Source: Porphyridium purpureum
Taxonomy: Eukaryota
DNA: 64,000 bases
Direction: 5' to 3'
NCBI GenBank assembly: GCA_008690995.1
Contig: VRMN01000003.1
Span: 1,488,001-1,552,000 of the forward strand
Shown here one piece after another: positions 19,883 through 28,939 of the stretch; the first letter of the stretch is position 1, and every line of letters starts with the position of its first letter. A program made the position numbers and the translations under genes. A model generated the notes under the pieces. That model had not been told where the DNA came from. It saw only the letters and a list, made by a program, of their open reading frames with translations, and searched no databases.

Positions 19883-21433
19883 ATGGAGCCAGGCGGCGTG
19901 CGCGACACGTACGAGCGCCTTTGCGAGCAGTTGCGGGGAATCTCGCGCTTCGCGGAGGTGCTGGGCTTACTCTCTTGGGATGAGCAGACAATGATGGCGC
20001 CGCGGTCGTCGGACGCGCGCGGGAAGCAGAAGGCGGCGCTAAGCGGAGCGCTGCATGAGAAGATGATCTCGCAAGAATTGGGCGACCTTCTAGATAAGTT
20101 GCGAGCCGGTGAAAATCAGCGCTTGATTGAGGCCGAATTGAATGCGTATGAGCGCGCAAACGTGCGAGACGCGATCCGGACGTACGATCGCAAAGTCAGG
20201 ATGCCAGCCAAGCTCGCCGAGTATGAGGCCGAGCTTTTCAGCCGGGCGTATCGTGTCTGGTCTGAAGCGCGCAAGAATAATGACTTTGCATCGTGGGCGC
20301 CGGTGCTCAAGGAGGTGGTGGATCATGTGCGCCATGTTGCCAGCATTACTAAGCCCGAGATGAAACCTTACGACGCCGCCATTGACGACTACGAGCGCGA
20401 AATGAGCGCAGAGCGCCTCGCGGAAATATTCGGGGGCCTGAAGAAGGAACTTCAATCTTTGCTGAACCAGATCGCGGAAGCACAGCGCACCAACCCGCGC
20501 AAGCTTCCGAAAGAGCTCGACAATGGCGAAATGTGGGATGTTGACAAGCAGGCGGCGTTCTGCAAGGAGATCAGTGAGAAGCTCGGCTTTGATTTTTCGC
20601 GCGGCCGTCTTGACGTGTCGGTGCATCCGTTTACGGGCGGCGCGGGTCCTGACGACGTGCGCATCACCACTCGGTATTCGACAGAGAACTGGGTCGAAGG
20701 CATTGCCGGTACTATCCACGAGGTGGGACATGCGCGATATGAGCAGAATCGTAATCCAGAATATGCGGCTTTGCCCGTGCAGGAAGCCCTCTCCATGGGG
20801 GTGCACGAGTCCCAGTCCTTGTTTTGGGAGCGGTGCATTGGCCAGAGTCTCGAATTTTGGGAATGGGCGCTTCCCATTGCGCGCAAGTACTTTCCGCATC
20901 TGGAAAATGTAGAAGCTCAGGATGTTTACTACCGTCTGAATATTGTGACACCTTCGCTAATCCGAGTGGACGCAGACGAGGTGACCTACCCGTTCCACAT
21001 CATCCTCCGTTTCGAGATTGAGATGGGGCTTATGGATGGCAGCATCGACATCCAAGACTTGCCGAAGATTTGGAACGAGAAAATGCAGCACTACCTTGGC
21101 GTTGTTCCAGAAACGGACGCGCTTGGAGTTCTCCAGGACGTGCACTGGACAGGTTCGTTTGGATACTTTCCTTCGTACACGCTCGGCGCTATGATGGCGG
21201 CGCAGCTTTATGATGCCGCATGCCGGGAGATGCGTGACCTCAAGACGCAAGTTCGGTCCGGAGAGTTCGCCGAGCTGAATGAATGGCTCGCGTCGAAAAT
21301 TCACAGGAAGGGTTCTCTCTTTTCCTCGTTAGATATGCTTCTTGAGGATGCCACTGGGCAGCCGCTCAATCCTGAAATTTTCGTCGAGTACCTGAAAGCC
21401 AAGTACCGTGGCATATATGACTTGCAGTTCTAG
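19883..21433 (+). CDS. M32 metallocarboxypeptidase (carboxypeptidase Taq family)
   Basis: HPF, DVRITT, HEVGH (HEXXH), HESQS, IRVDADE, QDVHW and GYFPSY: the M32 signature motifs. Confidence 0.95.
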   Translation: MEPGGVRDTYERLCEQLRGISRFAEVLGLLSWDEQTMMAPRSSDARGKQKAALSGALHEKMISQELGDLLDKLRAGENQRLIEAELNAYERANVRDAIRTYDRKVRMPAKLAEYEAELFSRAYRVWSEARKNNDFASWAPVLKEVVDHVRHVASITKPEMKPYDAAIDDYEREMSAERLAEIFGGLKKELQSLLNQIAEAQRTNPRKLPKELDNGEMWDVDKQAAFCKEISEKLGFDFSRGRLDVSVHPFTGGAGPDDVRITTRYSTENWVEGIAGTIHEVGHARYEQNRNPEYAALPVQEALSMGVHESQSLFWERCIGQSLEFWEWALPIARKYFPHLENVEAQDVYYRLNIVTPSLIRVDADEVTYPFHIILRFEIEMGLMDGSIDIQDLPKIWNEKMQHYLGVVPETDALGVLQDVHWTGSFGYFPSYTLGAMMAAQLYDAACREMRDLKTQVRSGEFAELNEWLASKIHRKGSLFSSLDMLLEDATGQPLNPEIFVEYLKAKYRGIYDLQF

Positions 21434-21488
21434 TGCGACTCCAGCGTAAGTATGGAAATGTTAAACAACGGGTCGATATACAAATTGC

Positions 21489-22823
21489 CTACGACACGCC
21501 CCGCTCAATGCCATGCAAAGAACGCAAGTGCTTTGTAAAATTACTCTTGACTGCAAACGTGCGATGGCACAGGTCACAAGCAAAGTCGCGCCGCTTTTCA
21601 TGGATGACCCTAACATGCGTTTGCAAATGAACAATTTGAGCAAATTTCTTGCCACACTGATTGACTTCGCATTCATAACTCTTCAAGCCTTCGTGCACTG
21701 TTTTGACATGACGCCGCAAGTCACCTCTGCGACGAAATCCTTTTTGACACCTTGCGCACCTCATGCTAGGTTCGCCTTCACCGCCAAGCTCGCCTCCATA
21801 ATCGAGTTCAGCAAACCCAACGGCCCTTCCGTCATTGGCTCGTTTCTTCTTTGCCGCTTGACCATCCTCCTCCTCGCCCCTCCCGATTCCCAAGGGCACG
21901 CTACGTCGCACCGATGACGCTGTAGTCAACCGATCAAAGAATAGGAATTGAAGTTTGTGGATGTCATTGTACTGCTTGCCCATGCAACTCTGAGCGGGAG
22001 CCGGCACGTGCGCCTCAAAGACTTTCATTCCGTTCCCCAAGAATACACCAAGGTGACAGTTGTTCAAGTCTCCCAGCAGAGCTCCAGATGAATATTGAAT
22101 AAAATTGGGCATAAAGCTCGACCATGGGTAAGCTCCTGCCAATTCTCCATCCGATGCCCTGGTCTCTTCTGGTCGCCAGCACGAACAAACGGCTCGTTGA
22201 CCGGGACAAGTCGGCTTACAAAGCCCTGTGCGCTCCAAAACGGCCGAGCTCAGAATGATGGGATTTGCTTCCAATCGCGGCGTGTGGAACATCTCGAGCT
22301 TCACCCTGTGATTTTGCCATACCCGCATCAGTGCGAAAATGACCGAGCCGTCCGAACAAAGTCCCACGTCAATGTATGAAATCCCAAACCTTGTACGAAA
22401 CGCTGCAAACCGATGGCACGGTAGCTTGATAACACCGTCGGGTAAGGGGTTGAAGCAAGCATTCGTATACATGACTCCAAACGTGAACCGTGACTCCTCA
22501 AACATAGGAATTAAAGTCATGAGCGTCTTTTCGTTTAAGTGGTGAATGTCGACGTCCATCACAACTGCGTGTTCCATGTCTTTCTGAAGCGGAACAAACG
22601 GTATGCAACGCAGTTCTTGAGCGGTGAGCTCGCCGTACCCACCCCGCACGTCGATGTCAAAGTCCGATGCGTCCGAATACTCACCGGACGTGACCGACGA
22701 CATGCTGGACGTGACGCACCCATTCCTGGTTCCTTCCTCGTCCTGCCGCGACCAACGCACCAGCCACGCATTCACGTCATCCTGCTCCATCAGGATACGC
22801 AGAACGGACCCCAGCGACGACAT
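21489..22823 (-). CDS. C2H2 zinc-finger protein (3 fingers) with uncharacterised N-terminal domain
   Basis: Fingers CARC..HVKTVH, CEVNQC..HVRVIH and CDLC..HLRSLH; CKPTC-x6-CSC motif upstream. Confidence 0.88.
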   Translation of the reverse strand: MSSLGSVLRILMEQDDVNAWLVRWSRQDEEGTRNGCVTSSMSSVTSGEYSDASDFDIDVRGGYGELTAQELRCIPFVPLQKDMEHAVVMDVDIHHLNEKTLMTLIPMFEESRFTFGVMYTNACFNPLPDGVIKLPCHRFAAFRTRFGISYIDVGLCSDGSVIFALMRVWQNHRVKLEMFHTPRLEANPIILSSAVLERTGLCKPTCPGQRAVCSCWRPEETRASDGELAGAYPWSSFMPNFIQYSSGALLGDLNNCHLGVFLGNGMKVFEAHVPAPAQSCMGKQYNDIHKLQFLFFDRLTTASSVRRSVPLGIGRGEEEDGQAAKKKRANDGRAVGFAELDYGGELGGEGEPSMRCARCQKGFRRRGDLRRHVKTVHEGLKSYECEVNQCGKKFAQIVHLQTHVRVIHEKRRDFACDLCHRTFAVKSNFTKHLRSLHGIERGVS

Positions 22824-23419
22824 CTTTCCGCAGCCTTCTGCTCGTCACGCACTCCCATCTATCCGCATGTCCTTCTTCTCTCTGTGTCGGCTTGCACACT
22901 TTCGGAGATGCTCGAAGCCTCCTCTCAAAACGCCCCCTCAGTAGAAAACGCAAAATTTACTATGCAAACAAGGAAATCATGCGACGCAGTGGCGCAACAT
23001 GGCGGAGAGCTCGGTCCCATCCCGCATCTCGTCGATGCCGCGCGTGAACAGCTTCGCAGCTGCACATGTGCGTCCTCTTCCTTACCTCTTGGGCGCAGAA
23101 GATGAGTGCTGCCCATGAAAAACACACACACGCAAATGCACATCGTTCACACTCGGTCTCTGCAAGGGGGGTTGAAGAAAAAGTCTGAAAACCCCCTTAG
23201 CCGATCAGACGTGAACGCAAGCGCAGAATGATGCTCGCCTGAGATCGAAGCGAGTAGCAAGCAGGCAGGCAGAAAAAAATGGCTGCCGCCTTCAGGTTGG
23301 ACCGTGTCTGATCGAGTGACGAAGATGATTATTTTGAACTCTTCCTCTTAATCTCAATTGCAACACGAGGAAGACGCAGCCTGTTGCACGTACGTTTGCT
23401 TGTTTTCATGGATTTGAAT

Positions 23420-24603
23420 GATCAATGAATGGTCGCGAAACGCGTACACGATGCGACGCAGCTTTTCATGTACTACGCGACCGTTTGTATGGATATGAGC
23501 TAATACTGAAAACCGCTTCTGCGGGAGGAGCACTCAGTGGACCTGCAGCCCTCATCTACGCCGTTCGGAGCGCTGCAGAATATATGCCTACGCACAAGTG
23601 ACTCACCACATGAATTAAGCAAATGTCCTTCCGGAGTTCTGGACCTTCGCGATGGAGCTCGAGGTGTGGCAAGAAAAGTTGGCAGTGTCTCACCATTCCA
23701 ACTTGTCGCGCGGAAGAAGGCATTGCCAACCGATCGAAGAACATGATTGAGAGCCAGTTCTTGTGCTGGTACACGCGACTTCACAGGCTCTCTATCTTTC
23801 TACATCGGCCTCCATGAATCTTTATGCGACCCACAGAAGCGCCAATCCGCATGCAAAACATTTTCGGGAAAAGAAAAGTCTGACGCAAAAGGTCTCAGCA
23901 GACGATGGCACCCAGAGTGACCTAGAAGAGCTTCACACCAGTTCATCATCCAGTAAGCGAGCCTAATCCGGGTGCCGGTGTTCACGTTTAGAAAATCTGA
24001 GCGGAATGTTGCCATGCGTGTGCCTGTGAGCTCAATGAAGAGATTGAAATTGTCGCAACGGTTTCTGCACGTGCCTTCGTAATGCAGTCTCCACTTGTGC
24101 CACATGCGAATCAATGCAAAATTCTATGAATCTTCTGGGAAAATACATCGATGAAAGCGTATTCGTACTGCGCACGGAAGGCGACGCGGCGGTGGCCCGG
24201 CAGCCTGTGCCCGCCCCTCCCGTTGAGGCATACTGCAGACGTTCGACAACATCCATCCAACTACAAAGCGAGACCTTTCAAACCATGGAGGTATGGCGTC
24301 CGTTCCACACTCCATTGTATGCTGCGAGTCAATGTCTTTGATGAGCGCGTTAACCAGGTCGGCTTCTGAGAACCGACAGGGTAGGCACTGGAAATCTTCG
24401 GAAGGGACTTGATTGTGCCCCTACCGGATTTCGAGATTCCAGGGCGTGGGGAACGAAGACGTCGTGCAGTGATCCCGCGTACAGTCAGTGCCGCGCAACC
24501 TCTCCACTAGCCACTTATGGGCGTTCGCTTCCTCCATCAAGATTCGCAGAATGTTTGAGCTCCCCGTGGCAACCGCCTGGTTGATTCGCGAACCTGAAGT
24601 CAC
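23420..24603 (-). pseudogene. Disrupted tandem paralogue of the C2H2 gene at 21489-22823
   Basis: Collinear fragments in several frames: SSNILRILMEE..WLV, an in-frame TAG at 24421-24423, WFERSRFVVGWM.SN.C, RLPGHRRVAFR..FIDV, FALIRMW, MFFDRLAMPSSAR, VDEGCRSTEC and HIHTNGRVVHEKLR. Confidence 0.8.
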
Positions 24604-25064
24604 TGCCGTTTCTACATGGGCATCACTCGAGGCCCAGCTTTGGCGCGCCGCTCACCCAGCCACCATGATAAGTCTTTCTTGCTCTCCACCGCCATTCTGG
24701 CCTCAAAGCTTCTTCGGGCCACCTCGCACAATTTACACGCAACATGCTGCATCTATTGTACTGTCGCTGCGCATACTTTTCGCGTCAATGGAGCCGGGCC
24801 CGCCACTGCCGCACAAGTCAAGGCTTCGAACCCAACAGACGCCTCCGCGAGAACGCATCCAACGTGAGCAGACCGCTGTATCGGCGTGCACAGTGCGGAC
24901 ACACCACTTCTGATAGATGGTCACCCAAGCATTCAAGCGAGGACGTGCAGCAAAATGCCACACCAAAAGGGGATCTGTGTGCTCTAAATTGATGCAGTGC
25001 AGACCCGTGCCGTGCTTTTTGGTCCACCAAATGACAGCACGAGGTCCTCCCTTAAGACCGTAGG

Positions 25065-27173
25065 TCATTTCGTGATGCTTTTGAGATGGTCCGGGAGCTT
25101 AATGATTCCACCATGTTTACCCCGCTCGAGGGTCTGCACATACGCTTGCGCGAGAGCAGTTACATCTGGATGGTTCCACGCTGCGCGCTCATCGCCAAGC
25201 TCTTTGATCTTTTGCAGCCGCAACCTTTTCCACGCCGCATAGACCTTTCCGATGTCAGATGACTCAGCAAGCACTTCAGGCGATCGCAGATGCGCTTGCA
25301 CTTTGGTCAGCCACGTTCCCTCAGTAGTCTGTGACGTGGGCTCATTTGGACTTCTCAATTCATTCGTAATTCCAGCAAAATGGGTCGGAGCCCTGTACTC
25401 GGGCTGTTCGTTATTGGGCTGGAAAGCGCGAACCACCATGGCGTCCCAGCACACAAAGTATAAATCACCATCAAGATCTCCTCCCCCAATCATTTCTGGT
25501 ATAGGCTTGGTGTGCTCAATCCCGTCAACGGCCGAAGAAAATATCAAAGCACCGAACGGCAAGGATTCCAGCCAGTCCCAGTCTTCAACGGACATGTCGC
25601 ATGGCCTGGTCGTGAGGCACGGAAGGAGCCGCAGATCACTCAGCTGCGTCACTGGAATCCTAGTCACAAGCACGTGGTCCGATGCGTACATAGTCGTGTT
25701 CAGTCCTGTCACATATACAACGCCCGGAGGAAATCCCGTGACCGGCTGCCCGGCACCCATGAGATAGGCATCATGTCTCCTACTTGAGTCACTGACTAGA
25801 TTACTGTGCACACCCGACGCACGGAGGGCGTCACCAATCATGTCACTGATCGGCTTACGCACAATCTCGGGTACCGGTGAATGCTTTTCTTCATGTTCGC
25901 TGCGTGGAGAAAGAAAGCGCCCGATCGTAACATTTGTTTGAGAAGGAGCGATGCCACCAGAAGTGACCAGCAGCATCGCCCAATCCGCAGCATTGGACTT
26001 CATGACACTTGGACCGACCTTCCGCATCGATGGTGATAAGAGAATTTTGCCGCTACCCGGACGCCGCATGAGCACGCCTTTGAAAACACCCAGACGTGGC
26101 GCAACAACACGCACCTGGATACAAACCAAACGAGCAGCAGCATGAGCACTCATGCCGAGCCGCTCTTCGAGAAACGCATCCGAAATTGTTCCGCAGCCGT
26201 CCTCCATGAGAGTAACGCCATCCAATGCTGTCATCGGATGTTCCTCGACCTCAAAGTCGTCGCAGAGAAGATCCAGAAATGGGCCTAGTTTAGAGTTCGA
26301 CGTTGATTGGAGAAGCTCAAGTCGCGAAGCAGCTTTTCGAGCACTGGGTAAAGACGCAAAATCTGCCACCCCTTCCAGTGCCCGAGACAGCGAAATGTCT
26401 GGAACTCCGCAACCAGCAATGGCAACATACACCCATCTGATTACTTTCTTACCAGTCATATGTTGATGCTGCTTGGAGCTTACAAGCTCATATGTCATGC
26501 CATTCTCTTTGATTTTGACCGCAGGGGCCTCCTTGGTACCTGAGCAGGTTTCGAATATCCTGATCGCTCGGTGGCCAAAGAACAGCGTCAAGAAGCATCC
26601 ATTCTCCGACTTCTGCAGGTGCGTGCATGATATTTGAAATCCTCCGTACTGCTCTTCCAAATTCTTAACTTGTTCTGGATATTGTCCTTGAAGTTGCCAA
26701 GCTGGTTTGCGCGGAACGGCACCTGGACGATGGGCAAGGCATTCACAAGATTCATCATGATCATGTCGCGAAAGTTGTCTTCGAGCTTCGACAATATCAT
26801 GTGCTATGTGGTCTTTTGTGCGACGGGAAGGCCCGCCCGTCGCTTTGCTCACAGGCAAATTTTCTGCAACAATTAGCTCTCGCAATTCACTCACCTTGAG
26901 CCGGAGCAAACCCTTGATTTCGTCTGCGTCATTTCTCCGTGTCACAGAGCTTGTTGGCACCGGTACTCTGGCGCTTGTGGCCTGGAGCGCCCCTTCTTCT
27001 GACACAGAAGAGCTTGTCGTCTTCATTCCGACGAGAATTTCACGCGCAATGTCTTTTTTAGTACGCCTGGCGGAGCCACCAGTATTCTTTTTGACGTCCA
27101 AACCATGAGCATCAATCATCGATACCAAATCACGAAGCGGCATGCGCTCTAGCGTGGCAAGTTCCAAGTCCAT
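25065..27173 (-). CDS. Divergent compact RNA-dependent RNA polymerase (cellular double-psi beta-barrel type) with duplicated N-terminal HeH/SAP-like motif
   Basis: ADFASL..RKAASR, EDGCGTIS, IQVR..GVFKGVL, SPSMRK, VLVTRIP....DLR and the catalytic GGGDLDGDLYFVCWD. Start placed at ATG 27173. Confidence 0.85.
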   Translation of the reverse strand: MDLELATLERMPLRDLVSMIDAHGLDVKKNTGGSARRTKKDIAREILVGMKTTSSSVSEEGALQATSARVPVPTSSVTRRNDADEIKGLLRLKVSELRELIVAENLPVSKATGGPSRRTKDHIAHDIVEARRQLSRHDHDESCECLAHRPGAVPRKPAWQLQGQYPEQVKNLEEQYGGFQISCTHLQKSENGCFLTLFFGHRAIRIFETCSGTKEAPAVKIKENGMTYELVSSKQHQHMTGKKVIRWVYVAIAGCGVPDISLSRALEGVADFASLPSARKAASRLELLQSTSNSKLGPFLDLLCDDFEVEEHPMTALDGVTLMEDGCGTISDAFLEERLGMSAHAAARLVCIQVRVVAPRLGVFKGVLMRRPGSGKILLSPSMRKVGPSVMKSNAADWAMLLVTSGGIAPSQTNVTIGRFLSPRSEHEEKHSPVPEIVRKPISDMIGDALRASGVHSNLVSDSSRRHDAYLMGAGQPVTGFPPGVVYVTGLNTTMYASDHVLVTRIPVTQLSDLRLLPCLTTRPCDMSVEDWDWLESLPFGALIFSSAVDGIEHTKPIPEMIGGGDLDGDLYFVCWDAMVVRAFQPNNEQPEYRAPTHFAGITNELRSPNEPTSQTTEGTWLTKVQAHLRSPEVLAESSDIGKVYAAWKRLRLQKIKELGDERAAWNHPDVTALAQAYVQTLERGKHGGIIKLPDHLKSITK

Positions 27174-27464
27174 GTCGTGTTCTTCTTGCTCTGGAGGCTC
27201 GAGCCTGTTTCGTTGTCTCGCACCACGAACAGCAGCAGGACAGTGGGCGTGTGTATTCTGTACCCAGAGCAGTGGGAATATCAAGTCGTATCAAAGCGAC
27301 AAGCTTGAAGCAGCTCAAGCTCTTATTCGATATTATCCTTCTCCGTTTTGGCCTTTTGCGTTCTATCGCTTGTGTCTTCCTGTTCGAACAAGCTGGGCAA
27401 AACGAGATCTTGACAAAATTTTGTCTCGAAAGGCGACCGAACAAGTTCCTTTTCCTTTTCAGTG

Positions 27465-27929
27465 ATGGCGTTTCTCCTTCCATCCGTGGACGCGCGTCTG
27501 CGCGGTGGCTCGTGCGCGCGACGTGCCGACAACTTTGTCAGTCATCGCGTCAACAAAAACCGCGGCGTGGTTGCGAAGGGTGCGCGGCCAGGTTTGTCGG
27601 TGCGTGCGCAACGTATCAACGCGGCTTCGACGCCGCGGATGGTGTTGGATCTGTCCGTGGAAAATGTGGAACGCGTACTCGAGGACGCGCGCAGTGAGCT
27701 GGGAACTCTGTTTGGGACATCCAAGGAGAACAGAGATATAGGGATCACAGGCAATGTCGAATTGGCCGATATCGACGGCGTAACTGTGGTGCTGCGACTC
27801 ACAGGCCGCTTTTGGCATAAGCGGTCGGACGTCCTTTTGCGCGTGGCCAACTTTCTCACTCAGCAGATCCCAGAAATTGTCGAGGTCGAGATCGAGGATC
27901 CAGCTCAGCTCGACGACGCAGATAAGTAG
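27465..27929 (+). CDS. Plastid-targeted NifU/NFU-like domain protein lacking CxxC
   Basis: MAF.. transit peptide; ENVERVL..R...G.VEL..IDG..VVLRLTG..IPEIVEVE pattern, with GRFWH in place of GACxxC. Confidence 0.7.
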   Translation: MAFLLPSVDARLRGGSCARRADNFVSHRVNKNRGVVAKGARPGLSVRAQRINAASTPRMVLDLSVENVERVLEDARSELGTLFGTSKENRDIGITGNVELADIDGVTVVLRLTGRFWHKRSDVLLRVANFLTQQIPEIVEVEIEDPAQLDDADK

Positions 27930-28922
27930 TCAGGATAATTTTGCTTTCTTAATAAAGTCACGAAGGTAGGCTGTCTGAAGATATCCAGCGACGCACAGTA
28001 CTGCACACGCAATGACCGATGAGAGCATGACTCCTCGCTTCGTCCGCTCATTCAACTCGCGGATGCGTTCTGCGCGCTCGGTGGCCACCGAAATCTGCAC
28101 TGACAGCTCCTTGAGCTCGTCTTGAAGCCGTTGCAATTCGATTTCCAAGGGACCTAGGTGACTTTTGGCCGCAAGTGCCTGATAATCCTTTCCCTGCACA
28201 CTCGTGTGTAGTGTCAGCGATACCATGCGCGGTGGGATGGCCGACCCTTCCAATTCTGCGTCACCTGCGTGCACGCGGGTACGGCCAGACTTGCGGCGCA
28301 CACGAAATACTTGTAGGCTTACGCACAAGCGGTAGTAGAGGTCCTGTTCGTACAGACGCATGTCTGCAAACTCGTCCGGTGCGGTGTAATCCGTCCATTC
28401 GTTACCGGCGCCTTGAACCGCCGCGTCTGCCACCACGGGATCTGCCACGAACGTGAAAAGCGCGGGCTCACCTGAGCTCAGATTGAGAAGGACGAGAGGC
28501 TCTAAGCCACGTACCACATATTGGTTTCCAGTGTGAACAACATGCTCCACTACCAACTCGACCTCGGTCCGGAGCTCTTTACCGAATGTGCGCGGCGCGG
28601 ACACAGGCATGTCCCCATTCAAGCTCTTCTCGGATATTATTGTCACTCGCACCTCACCGCGTGCCGTCGACTGCGGCGTCACCGCGGCGTACAAGCATTG
28701 CGTCTGGTCAAGTTCGAGCCGGACGGAAAGGGCGGACGCAAACCCGTGCCGCCAAATGGCCACCACCAGAGCGACAAGAAGCGGGAAACCAGCGACTCGG
28801 TGAAGTCTCTGTCTCCTCTGGCTGTCCATAGAAGGCCGTGGGCTGGGCCGCCCAGCTCGTTGGCCACCCCACGCACCTTCGTCCACCACAACTCGATCCG
28901 TGCAATCTGACGCAATCGACAT
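27930..28922 (-). CDS. p24/emp24/GOLD-family cargo receptor (delta-like), with insertions
   Basis: Signal peptide, GOLD cysteines (QCLY, RLCV), KDY..LA...HL.PLE.EL..L.D coiled coil, RELNERT, TM and tail YLRDFIKKAKLS. Alternative start at ATG 28829. Confidence 0.8.
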   Translation of the reverse strand: MSIASDCTDRVVVDEGAWGGQRAGRPSPRPSMDSQRRQRLHRVAGFPLLVALVVAIWRHGFASALSVRLELDQTQCLYAAVTPQSTARGEVRVTIISEKSLNGDMPVSAPRTFGKELRTEVELVVEHVVHTGNQYVVRGLEPLVLLNLSSGEPALFTFVADPVVADAAVQGAGNEWTDYTAPDEFADMRLYEQDLYYRLCVSLQVFRVRRKSGRTRVHAGDAELEGSAIPPRMVSLTLHTSVQGKDYQALAAKSHLGPLEIELQRLQDELKELSVQISVATERAERIRELNERTKRGVMLSSVIACAVLCVAGYLQTAYLRDFIKKAKLS

Positions 28923-28939
28923 AGATGTTCTATATTTGT

